This document shows positions 1 to 8,696 of a DNA stretch of 32,000 nucleotides, piece after piece; position 1 is the first letter of the stretch, and each line of letters starts with the position of its first letter. The notes below the pieces were generated by a model. That model did no database searches, was not told where the DNA came from, and saw only the letters and a program-made list of their open reading frames with translations. The stretch comes from Flavobacteriaceae bacterium (lineage in GTDB: Bacteria > Bacteroidota > Bacteroidia > Flavobacteriales > Flavobacteriaceae). Where the stretch lies: contig OZ245049.1 of assembly GCA_965224465.1 (NCBI GenBank), positions 660,001 through 692,000 of the forward strand. Reading direction: 5' to 3'. Both the position numbers and the translations under genes were made by a program.

Positions 1-2135
1 GTAAATAAAAAATTCTGTTCATAGCTACGGGATACTAAAATAAGCCCTGTATTTATGACTCCTGCCTTATCAATAGCTGTTTTAGCCATTGTTTGTAATT
101 GAACATCGTTATATAAAGTATTAGTACCGGTTTTAAGAAAAATAACCAATACCTTATTCCCTGTATGATACTGTAATAACCGTAGTTTATCTTCGTATAC
201 CTGAAGTTTAGATGCTTCTAATAGTGAATTATTTCCTATAAAACCAAAATGTTTAATCTCTCTATTTGGCGGGTATTCCGTTGCACTGTCATTTATTTCA
301 CTATATAACAAGGCAAACTTCTCATTAACGGCATTTTGATGTGTTTCTAATATGGAGTCATAGTATGTAAATTGTTTGCATTTGTTCCCTTTAGGTTTTT
401 CTTTACAGTTTACAGCTATCGTTTTAGTTATAATTTTTGAAGTAGAATCAATTTTCTTTCCTTTATGTTTTTTTGCCTCTTTCCATGTTGTTTGGTATAA
501 TTTATTATTACATGGAGCTATATAGTGAAACCAATATACCTTTTTACTTTCATCAGATAAATCCACCAATTTAATCGGTAATTTTTCACCTCCAAAAACA
601 TAATCATTTCCATTTGCTACATATTCTTTTCCTTTAAAATTAATCCCCCTTACCGCACCTTGCGGGATGTTAGTAGCATTGGGAACAGAACTTATAGAAG
701 AATACGTAATAGAATTATTAACAAATGTAAAAGGCTGCCAATTAGCAGTTAAAAATACACGCTTTGATAATTCCCCTTCACTATCCCCATCAAAAACCCC
801 AATCCTCAATTTCGGATTGTGTATGGCTTTCCAATGTACATAAGGTAAATGCTCTCCTTTGTTATAATCTAGTAACCAATTGGTACTTCCTGTAGCATAT
901 TTATAACTATGAGAAGAAAACGGGTGTTTTAGCTGGAAGGCACCGTGGGCGAGTTCGTGTGCTACGGTTATCCCCCCAGCCCCCGAAGGGGGAGAATTTG
1001 CGGTAAAAATATAACCGAATTGTCTGCCTAATGGCATGAGTCCTTTTTCTCCTGCGGTGCTGGGCTGTTTGTCTGTTAAGATTAAATAATAAGCTTCAGG
1101 GTTAAAGTTACCATGCTCTTTTAATGCCTTATTTATACTACGCTGTTGCTCTGTGTATTGCGCTGCAAAGCCACTTTCTCCACTTTTTATAGTGCCGTCT
1201 GGTGTTAAACTGTTTAGGGTCGCTGTAAAATCGTTAATTACAGAAATATTTAGGCTAACTGCTGCTTGTTGGTAAATAGCTTTTAGTTTTTTTGTAATGG
1301 CACTTGTATTCGCTTTTGAAGTATTTACCAATACTACGACCACTTCCTTTATGGCAATTTGGTATTGCATAAAAGCCCCTGCTATTTGGTATTTATCGCC
1401 TTGTTTTACTAAGGCTTGGGTTTCTATATCGGCATCGCTTAGCGTTCCTTTTAATTTCAACGTATAGGAAGTACTAGTACTATCTACTTTTTTCAGTCCT
1501 ACACCATCTTTGGTTTTAAAAATAATGTCTTGAGGTTTTATACTATCGTTGGTAATTTTAAAATTGGCAACAATAAATTCTACCGTCCCTTTAGCTACCG
1601 CTTTGTAAGGCATGTAATAAGCTGACCCTAACTTTTTGTACAAGTCCTTGGTTTGTGGCTGGCTTGGGCTGTAGGCGTCGAATCCAGTAGGCAGTGTTGC
1701 AGTAGGCAGTTGGGTGAACGTTACGGTGACACCTTGTGCGGTGATGTTGGTGGCTTCTCCTTTGCTGTTTACGCCTGTGGTATTTTCCACAGTGGTAGTA
1801 CCGCCTTCGGCTTGTGGACCTAATTCGGTTACATTTCCTTGTTCGTCTACATGGTATTTTTTTGGTAGTACTGGTGGTTTTGCTTTAGGGTCTCCGCTGT
1901 CGGTTATTATATAGTCCTCGCCTCCAGATAATTCTACAATAGGTGCACCGCCTTTTCCTACTAATAATATATCTCCGTTGCTAGGGTCTACTAGGATTTC
2001 TGCTATTTGGAAGTTTACCTGTTTCACTGCATACGTTCCTTGCTGTTTTTGGATAGGGTGCTGCTGTGCTACTGCTATTTGAAAAAAGCAGGAACATAGG
2101 AATAGTAGGATTGTATGTAGGTTTTTATGTGGCAA
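1..2135 (-). CDS. Giant secreted polymorphic-toxin paralog 1; only the N-terminal ~711 codons are present, the 3' part runs off the left window edge
   Basis: Absent from the ORF track because it is open to the window edge. Nt 1-2128 are near-identical to 12248-14390 (paralog 3) and 771-2205 to 6171-7605 (paralog 2). It has the same TTG start context (caa at 2133-2135), the same signal peptide, and the HELAH codons at 945-959. Confidence 0.8.
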   Translation of the reverse strand, partial: MPHKNLHTILLFLCSCFFQIAVAQQHPIQKQQGTYAVKQVNFQIAEILVDPSNGDILLVGKGGAPIVELSGGEDYIITDSGDPKAKPPVLPKKYHVDEQGNVTELGPQAEGGTTTVENTTGVNSKGEATNITAQGVTVTFTQLPTATLPTGFDAYSPSQPQTKDLYKKLGSAYYMPYKAVAKGTVEFIVANFKITNDSIKPQDIIFKTKDGVGLKKVDSTSTSYTLKLKGTLSDADIETQALVKQGDKYQIAGAFMQYQIAIKEVVVVLVNTSKANTSAITKKLKAIYQQAAVSLNISVINDFTATLNSLTPDGTIKSGESGFAAQYTEQQRSINKALKEHGNFNPEAYYLILTDKQPSTAGEKGLMPLGRQFGYIFTANSPPSGAGGITVAHELAHGAFQLKHPFSSHSYKYATGSTNWLLDYNKGEHLPYVHWKAIHNPKLRIGVFDGDSEGELSKRVFLTANWQPFTFVNNSITYSSISSVPNATNIPQGAVRGINFKGKEYVANGNDYVFGGEKLPIKLVDLSDESKKVYWFHYIAPCNNKLYQTTWKEAKKHKGKKIDSTSKIITKTIAVNCKEKPKGNKCKQFTYYDSILETHQNAVNEKFALLYSEINDSATEYPPNREIKHFGFIGNNSLLEASKLQVYEDKLRLLQYHTGNKVLVIFLKTGTNTLYNDVQLQTMAKTAIDKAGVINTGLILVSRSYEQNFLF

Positions 2136-2179
2136 TATTTAGTTGTTTATCATTTTTTTTTGTTCTATTTGCATCGCTG

Positions 2180-2347
2180 CTAAGTCGGGAGACTTTGCGG
2201 AGCGGGGGTACTAGAGGTAACTTTACTATTAGCTACTGTTTTCTCCAAAGTAATTGTTTTATTTTTAAGGGTTTCAACAGTATTAAAACCAACAAACAGC
2301 AGTAAATTAAAGACTGCAACAACCAATATATAACCACTTTTTAGCAT
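2180..2347 (-). CDS. Possible 55-aa single-pass membrane peptide (MLKSGYILVVAVFNLLLFVGFNTVETLKNK...), below the ORF-track size cut-off
   Basis: Hand-translated. Its ATG (2345-2347) overlaps the stop of the upstream immunity gene in a TAATG arrangement. It has one hydrophobic helix. No equivalent ORF follows the orphan immunity gene at 7677, so it may be spurious. Confidence 0.25.
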   Translation of the reverse strand: MLKSGYILVVAVFNLLLFVGFNTVETLKNKTITLEKTVANSKVTSSTPAPQSLPT

Positions 2348-3357
2348 TAAACTATTTTGTTATTTTCTTCTTTTTCGAAAATGTGGAGAGTATTACTGTC
2401 ATCCAATAAATATAGCTTTCCTTTATGATACTCTATAGATTGTATTCTAACAAAAGTTTCTGATGGAAAATCTTCTAATAGTTCCAACTCCTGGTTTTCC
2501 GTATTAAAAAAACCAAACTTTACTTTTTCTCCTATTTGTCCTACAAACCATAGTTTGTTTTCGGAATATAAGTTTTTGTGAATTATAAAATCTTCCTGAA
2601 ATAAATCCGACACCTCTTTTTCTAAAACAACCTCTCCGTTTATAGGATTAAACACTTGGTATAATTTATTACTGCACCCATAAAGTAAATTTTCAAAACG
2701 ATTAAAGCAATGAGCTATTATAAACTTATCATTAATATTAACTTCAAAATACTCTTTCCAAAGAACTTCTCCTGAATCTTTATTTATCCCAACTAAAAAT
2801 TGATTGTCTTTTTCATTATAAGCTTCAATAAATAACACATCATCTATTACTTTTGGAGATAAATAGATAGTATAACCATCAGGTAATTGGTAGTTCCAGA
2901 GTCTTTTCCCGTTTAATGAATTTCTTAGATAAAATTTAGTTTTATCAAACCTTTCACTACAGAAAATAAGGCCTTTTATTGGAGTAATAGAATCAGTACC
3001 AGTATATGTCCATAATAGATTATAATTAAAATCAAATAAAGAATATTTTTTTTCCTTACGAGATAGTCTTTTCCTCCCAAATAAAACATTTTCTGAAACT
3101 ATTTTAAGTCCATCAAGCCCTTCGATACAAAATTTCTCAATTAGCTTATCATTAATAACTTTAAATAACTTTGAATTATCAAAAAAATATAAATCATTAT
3201 TTAAAGAAGAAAATTTCAACAGAGATAAATATTTCTTAAAACATATACCATTAATATAAGTTTTATCACCTTCTGCCAATGCATATAAAATATTTCCTGA
3301 AATATTTTTTAACCATGCACTACTTTGTCCCTTTATTTGTATATGTTTTCTTATCAT
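2347..3357 (-). CDS. Putative immunity protein for toxin paralog 2 (336 aa, possibly beta-propeller / PQQ-BamB-like repeats)
   Basis: The start overlaps the toxin stop (TAATG at 3355-3359). Repeated G-x-x-LW strand motifs (GKRLWNYQLP, GEVLWKEYF). Same size as the 339-aa ORF at 7677-8696 and the same C-terminal TLHIFEKEENN. The immunity role is inferred from position only. Confidence 0.6.
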   Translation of the reverse strand: MIRKHIQIKGQSSAWLKNISGNILYALAEGDKTYINGICFKKYLSLLKFSSLNNDLYFFDNSKLFKVINDKLIEKFCIEGLDGLKIVSENVLFGRKRLSRKEKKYSLFDFNYNLLWTYTGTDSITPIKGLIFCSERFDKTKFYLRNSLNGKRLWNYQLPDGYTIYLSPKVIDDVLFIEAYNEKDNQFLVGINKDSGEVLWKEYFEVNINDKFIIAHCFNRFENLLYGCSNKLYQVFNPINGEVVLEKEVSDLFQEDFIIHKNLYSENKLWFVGQIGEKVKFGFFNTENQELELLEDFPSETFVRIQSIEYHKGKLYLLDDSNTLHIFEKEENNKIV

Positions 3358-6300
3358 TATTGTTTTATAAGTTTAAATATATTTTCGAATTGACTTTCGA
3401 TTAAATCTTTTAATTCATCTGCGGTTTCAACTTGGAATTTATCAAATAACCTTTGATTTAAAGGTAAACCGTCAATTGCTTTTAGCATGTTTTCTTTAAA
3501 ATTCGGAGGATTTTTAGTACCGTTAAATATCCATTTTATATCGTCTAAGGATTGTGCATTGTTTAAGTCCTTTATAAATTGTTCGTTAAAATGACCTGGC
3601 GGCACCTTCTTAACTGATTTGAATTCGTAATATTTTACCCTTCGACTATTTGTAATATCAGCAACATCTACAAAGCGAGCTCCTCCAATATTTGTATAGT
3701 ATTCAAATTTGAGACTTTTACCTGAAAAATCATCTGAATGTTTACCTAAATAATAAACAATCCAATTGGCACCATCACTTTTAGCCTTTCCTTGTTTTAA
3801 ATCGCTTAAAACTTTATAAAAATCTTCTAGAATAATGTTTTTACCCGCTACATTTCTCCCGAAATCATCTAAATTCTTAACTACTGTTGAGTATGGTAAT
3901 CCATCTGCTCCTTTTAAAGACGTCAAAACTTCATCACTTAAACTAAGTGCTTTGAATGCAGGGCTTTTGCGTATGTCAGCAAAGGATTCCACAGCATCTG
4001 CTTTTTTAAACAATGGGTCGGAAACAGATTGTGGTTTCTCATATCGCTTTCTCAATAACTGCCAACTCTCTGCCAATTCTCCTCTTCGTGCAGCGTTTTC
4101 TCCTGTGCTTACAAATAATTTGCTTAAGCTGTTGGAAGTGTTAATGTCGGTTTTTAGGAGTGTTTTCTCTGCATCTGTTAATATAGTACTTGGAATCTCA
4201 TCAATCCAAGAGGGAATCTTAGATACCACCGTTGCGAGTTCATCCAATTGGCTTTTTATAAGTTGGGGGTTCGTATTGTTTTTTACATCGTTTAGGTCTA
4301 GCTTATTTATAAGTTTACGGTCTCCACTATGAATAACCGATGTAAGATGGAAATCTTCTGGATTTATTTCTGACAACCTTACCCTTTCTAGCGAAAAACC
4401 ATTAGTATTGTTCGCTTTCCTTGCTACGATACCATATAAATCATCAATCTTTCTCCCTGCTTTTAGACCTCCTTTTATATAGGCAGCACCAAAAAAAGGT
4501 ACAGCAGCTGACGCAGTATAAATAGTAAAATTTGTAGTATCGCTTCTTAGCCCAGCATATATTGCTCCAATAGGATCCGTTACAGTATCTGCTCCGGGCC
4601 ACATTCCTACAACGTCTAAAGTTCCATACATTACATCATCGAATAGAAATATTCCTTGAAAATCATAGAATTGCTCATCGGTTAACTCAGGGCTTAAATC
4701 AAGTGCAATTTCTACACCACTCCACCAAGTCCATTCTTCAACTGTTTCTTTCCATAGTCTAAATGTGTAGTTACCTTGTGTCTTTATCTCTATTGGACTA
4801 TCTGATTTTCCATTAGAACCATCAAAGTCCATATATACCTCTCTGAATTTTGCAATTTTATTTATATCCAACTTTTCCCAAAGAGACATATTAGCCAAGC
4901 CTCCTTGTTCTATTTCTACGGTTAATCCTTGCTCAATAAAGGAATTTACGCCTTTAATACATTCCGTGTATGTATTATTACTGTCTAAATAACAATTTCC
5001 ATCATGTTCACCACAGTGTGATAAATTTTCATTACGAGCTGAAAGACATGCTCTTTGCTTGTTGTAGGCTTCTTTAAATGATTTTGACCGATAAAAGGAA
5101 AGTGTCTTTATAAAAGTGGCTCCTCTAACATCATCTTTTGATTGATATAAATAATTCTGCAAGATTCCATCAGCATATTGATAGTATTTATTTACAATTA
5201 CTGGCTTTTTAATTGAAGCATATATACTCAATAAATACTCCAAACTATTACCATTTTTTCTAATAATGTTTTCATCAAACAATCCTTCATTGCTTTGGAT
5301 ATAAGCTGTTTCAGAGCACACAGTTGTAGACACTCCAAATAAGGATTCAAAAGGAGAACCATTAATAAGTACAAATACTATTTTTTTACTTTTATCAACA
5401 CTTTCCAATGCTTTATTCGCTATTTCACGCAACTGTGTGCTAGTGTATATGTTGTTGTTTTCGGTTCTTAATAAGCCTAGCACAAAATATGTATCTGTAT
5501 AATGGCTCAGTAAATGAAACTTATCCTCTAGTACATCCCATTGTTTTTCATTATCTGGTAACAACGAATTAGCTCCATCACTCAGAGAAAAAATATGCTT
5601 AAATTGCCCTTTAGTTCTATGCTTCGAAACCTTTGATTGATTAATTTCTGCTATTGCTTTTAATAATGATGTTTTTATTTCCCTTACAATACTATTATCA
5701 ACAATCAAATCATGGTTCATTTGTCTGCACCTAACATTTCCTTCCTCTTGTTTATTACCTGGTCTTATATCACATGTTCTAGCCGCTTCATACACTTGAC
5801 CTGTCGCCTGATTATTTACATGTACATTGTTTTCCGCATCAATATAAACTAACCTTGGTTCTTGATTAGTCTCTTCAAATTTATCAAACTTTATTTTTTG
5901 TCCTTTTTCATCTTTAACAAATGCTCCATTTCTATATTTCCAATAATATTTTTTATTATTACCTCTTATGGGATAAAATATATCACCCGACGAAAGTTCT
6001 CTTATTATAGAAATTCTTCCTATAGCTTCAGGGGTTTTAGAACCGACAAATGCAACAGGAACGTACCCTGCTCCTAAAATTATTGCATTCCCATATAGAT
6101 CTAAATAAGCATAATTTCTATTTTGGTACTCAACAGGAACACATACATAATCAAGTTTATCAAAGCTATATTCCCCTTCACCATCCCCATCAAAAATCCC
6201 AATCCTCAATTTCGGATTGTGTATGGCTTTCCAATGTACATAAGGTAAATGCTCTCCATTGTTATAATCTAGTAACCAATTGGTACTTCCTGTAGCATAT

Positions 6301-7535
6301 TTATAACTATGCGTAGAGAATGGATGTTTTAGTTGGAAGGCACCGTGGGCGAGTTCGTGTGCTACGGTTATCCCCCCAGCCCCAGAAGGGGGAGAATTTG
6401 CGGTAAAAATATAACCGAATTGTCTGCCTAATGGCATGAGTCCTTTTTCTCCTGCGGTGCTGGGCTGTTTGTCTGTTAAGATTAAATAATAAGCTTCAGG
6501 GTTAAAGTTACCATGCTCTTTTAATGCCTTATTTATACTACGCTGTTGCTCTGTGTATTGCGCTGCAAAGCCACTTTTTCCACTTTTTATAGTGCCGTCT
6601 GGTGTTAGACTGTTTAGGGTCGCTGTAAAATCGTTAATTACAGAAATATTTAGGCTAACTGCTGCTTGTTGGTAAATAGCTTTTAGTTTTTTTGTAATGG
6701 CACTTGTATTCGCATTTGAAGTATTTACCAATACTACGACCACTTCCTTTATGGCAATTTGGTATTGCATAAAAGCCCCTGCTATTTGGTATTTATCGCC
6801 TTGTTTTACTAAGGCTTGGGTTTCTATATCGGCATCGCTTAGCGTTCCTTTTAATTTTAAGGTGTAAGAAGTACTAGTACTATCTACTTTTTTCAGTCCT
6901 ACACCATCTTTGGTTTTAAAAATAATGTCTTGAGGTTTTATACTATCGTTGGTAATTTTAAAATTGGCAACAATAAATTCTACCGTCCCTTTAGCTACCG
7001 CTTTGTAGGGCATGTAATAATTTGCTCCCAACTTTTTGTACAAGTCCTTGGTTTGTGGCTGGCTTGGGCTGTAGGCGTCGAATCCAGTGGGCAGTGTTGC
7101 AGTAGGCAGTTGGGTGAACGTTACGGTGACACCTTGTGCGGTGATGTTGATGGCTTCTCCTTTGCTGTTTACGCCTGTGGTGTTTTCCACAGTGGTAGTA
7201 CCGCCTTCGGCTTGTGGACCTAATTCGGTTACATTTCCTTGTTCGTCTACATGGTGTTTTTTTGGTAGTACTGGTGGTTTTGCTTTGGAATCTCCGCTAT
7301 CGGTTATTATATAGTCCTCTCCTCCAGATAATTCTACAATAGGTGCACCGCCTTTTCCTACTAATAATATATCTCCGTTGCTTGGGTCTACTAGGATTTC
7401 TGCTATTTGGAAGTTCACCTGTTTTACTACATACGTTCCCTGCTGTTTTTGGATAGGGTTCTGCTGTGCTACTGCTATTTGAAAAAAGCAGGAACATAGG
7501 AATAGTAGGATTGTATGTAGGTTTTTATGTGGCAA
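3357..7535 (-). CDS. Giant secreted polymorphic toxin paralog 2 (1392 aa): signal peptide, zincin HEXXH domain, divergent middle region, nuclease-like C-terminal tip
   Basis: TTG start. Signal peptide MPHKNLHTILLFLCSCFFQIAVA/QQ. HELAH at residues 393-397 (nt 6345-6359). Residues 1-455 are near-identical to paralogs 1 and 3 and then diverge after GIFDGDGEGE. The ELAESW junction lies at nt 4062-4079. The last ~240 aa contain FVDVAD...YYEFKS, a D...ExK pattern. Confidence 0.8.
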   Translation of the reverse strand: MPHKNLHTILLFLCSCFFQIAVAQQNPIQKQQGTYVVKQVNFQIAEILVDPSNGDILLVGKGGAPIVELSGGEDYIITDSGDSKAKPPVLPKKHHVDEQGNVTELGPQAEGGTTTVENTTGVNSKGEAINITAQGVTVTFTQLPTATLPTGFDAYSPSQPQTKDLYKKLGANYYMPYKAVAKGTVEFIVANFKITNDSIKPQDIIFKTKDGVGLKKVDSTSTSYTLKLKGTLSDADIETQALVKQGDKYQIAGAFMQYQIAIKEVVVVLVNTSNANTSAITKKLKAIYQQAAVSLNISVINDFTATLNSLTPDGTIKSGKSGFAAQYTEQQRSINKALKEHGNFNPEAYYLILTDKQPSTAGEKGLMPLGRQFGYIFTANSPPSGAGGITVAHELAHGAFQLKHPFSTHSYKYATGSTNWLLDYNNGEHLPYVHWKAIHNPKLRIGIFDGDGEGEYSFDKLDYVCVPVEYQNRNYAYLDLYGNAIILGAGYVPVAFVGSKTPEAIGRISIIRELSSGDIFYPIRGNNKKYYWKYRNGAFVKDEKGQKIKFDKFEETNQEPRLVYIDAENNVHVNNQATGQVYEAARTCDIRPGNKQEEGNVRCRQMNHDLIVDNSIVREIKTSLLKAIAEINQSKVSKHRTKGQFKHIFSLSDGANSLLPDNEKQWDVLEDKFHLLSHYTDTYFVLGLLRTENNNIYTSTQLREIANKALESVDKSKKIVFVLINGSPFESLFGVSTTVCSETAYIQSNEGLFDENIIRKNGNSLEYLLSIYASIKKPVIVNKYYQYADGILQNYLYQSKDDVRGATFIKTLSFYRSKSFKEAYNKQRACLSARNENLSHCGEHDGNCYLDSNNTYTECIKGVNSFIEQGLTVEIEQGGLANMSLWEKLDINKIAKFREVYMDFDGSNGKSDSPIEIKTQGNYTFRLWKETVEEWTWWSGVEIALDLSPELTDEQFYDFQGIFLFDDVMYGTLDVVGMWPGADTVTDPIGAIYAGLRSDTTNFTIYTASAAVPFFGAAYIKGGLKAGRKIDDLYGIVARKANNTNGFSLERVRLSEINPEDFHLTSVIHSGDRKLINKLDLNDVKNNTNPQLIKSQLDELATVVSKIPSWIDEIPSTILTDAEKTLLKTDINTSNSLSKLFVSTGENAARRGELAESWQLLRKRYEKPQSVSDPLFKKADAVESFADIRKSPAFKALSLSDEVLTSLKGADGLPYSTVVKNLDDFGRNVAGKNIILEDFYKVLSDLKQGKAKSDGANWIVYYLGKHSDDFSGKSLKFEYYTNIGGARFVDVADITNSRRVKYYEFKSVKKVPPGHFNEQFIKDLNNAQSLDDIKWIFNGTKNPPNFKENMLKAIDGLPLNQRLFDKFQVETADELKDLIESQFENIFKLIKQ

Positions 7536-7605
7536 TATTTATTTGTTTATCATTTTTTTTTGTTCTATTTGCATCGCCGCTAAGTCGGGAGACTTTGCGG
7601 AGTGG
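6171..7605. repeat. Conserved toxin N-terminal block plus ~70 nt upstream, paralog 2 copy
   Basis: Near-identical to 771-2205. The coding part is near-identical to 13019-14390, which carries a 15-nt indel. Identity ends abruptly at the GEGE codons (6171). Confidence 0.9.
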
Positions 7606-7676
7606 GTTTTTATAATTCCTAATAATTCATCCGTTAAGCCTAGTTTATCTTTTACTGCTTTTGGTAACTTTCTAGT

Positions 7677-8696
7677 TTAAACTACAATGTTATTTTCTTC
7701 TTTTTCAAAAATATGGAGAGTGTTATCTTGGGTCTGAATATAAATGCGATTAGCATTCACATGAATACTCCCAATACCTCCATTTTCTGGTATAAATTCA
7801 TGTTTAAAAACTAGGTTTTTAGAATTCATATCTAAAACCCCAACTTTTGATTTATTATCTCCTAGTGTTTGTGTAAAATAGAAACAATCGTTTTTTACTG
7901 CACATCTATGGTCATGAATAGAATCAAAACCATTTTCTTTAATAAGGATATTAACATCCCATTCTTCTATTTCATTAGTAATAACATTGACTTTACATAA
8001 GATATTTTCAAATTTTGTGGTATAGATAAAATTGTTGTCTTTAAAAATACTAAATCCAAATCCATTATGCTTATATAGAACCTTTCCCGAATGCGCATCT
8101 AAACAAAATAAAGCGCCTTGCTCGTCTCCTGATACTGTAAAATAAATTTTATCAGATAATTCCAATATTTTACTACTTAAATAGGCTTTTTCTGAGTTAA
8201 TTAAATCAGAAAAATCGTGTTTCCAAGTTACACCCCTTGATTCAAAGCTATTAAACACTATTAAACCAGTATTATATCTGGAATCACCCGCTTGTATAAC
8301 ACCATAATTAGTAAATAATTTTTGTCCTCCATTTTGAAGGATAGGGATCTCTATAATTTTATCTGATTTAAAGATAATTTTACCTCTTTTTTTATAGGAT
8401 GCATAAGCAGTGTATTTAACGGAAAACACATAATAAAGATTTCCTTCAATTATAGCCTCTTGTCCGTCTTTGAAAGAATAGAAAAACGTTTTTTTATCTT
8501 GAAAATAATATATTCCATTCTTGTATCGACCAATTTGATTGGTTCTTTTAGATAACTGAATACTTGTCAGTAGATTATGTTGATTGTTATTTTCATATAC
8601 TAAAAGTTTGTTTTCAGTATTTTTAATACAAATTATATCTTTATCCATTAAAAGAATACCCGTATTTATCTTAATTGAGATATTAAATTTTATCAT
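7677..8696 (-). CDS. Putative immunity protein of the orphan toxin cassette (339 aa, same family as 2347-3357)
   Basis: Overlaps the end of the orphan toxin-tip reading frame by 4 nt. Shares size and the C-terminal TLHIFEKEENN with the 336-aa ORF. The 3'-terminal ~50 nt are highly similar to 2347-2400. Confidence 0.6.
   Translation of the reverse strand: MIKFNISIKINTGILLMDKDIICIKNTENKLLVYENNNQHNLLTSIQLSKRTNQIGRYKNGIYYFQDKKTFFYSFKDGQEAIIEGNLYYVFSVKYTAYASYKKRGKIIFKSDKIIEIPILQNGGQKLFTNYGVIQAGDSRYNTGLIVFNSFESRGVTWKHDFSDLINSEKAYLSSKILELSDKIYFTVSGDEQGALFCLDAHSGKVLYKHNGFGFSIFKDNNFIYTTKFENILCKVNVITNEIEEWDVNILIKENGFDSIHDHRCAVKNDCFYFTQTLGDNKSKVGVLDMNSKNLVFKHEFIPENGGIGSIHVNANRIYIQTQDNTLHIFEKEENNIVV

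Noticed and set aside
1714-1914. Plus-strand ORFs inside the giant toxin genes: 1714-1914, 3835-4332, 5862-6077, 6050-6295, 6930-7223, 7087-7314, 11529-11711 and 13976-14176.
   Set aside because: They are antisense to long, well-supported minus-strand ORFs. Those repeated in several paralogs are repeated only because the underlying toxin DNA is repeated. Their composition is low-complexity and no independent signals were seen.
2153-2161. T9 homopolymer ~20 nt upstream of the toxin start codons (also at 7553-7561), considered as a slipped-strand phase-variation switch.
   Set aside because: Both copies have the same tract length, and I could not place the tract between recognisable promoter elements. 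There is no evidence for variation within this window.
2066-2305. 79-aa plus-strand ORF in the spacer between the immunity gene and paralog 1.
   Set aside because: It overlaps the toxin start and the conserved upstream block in antisense and has no motif. The minus-strand small ORF fits the operon layout better, although that one is doubtful too.
7297-7497. 66-aa minus-strand ORF inside the paralog 2 N-terminus.
   Set aside because: It is an out-of-frame overlap with the 1392-aa ORF.
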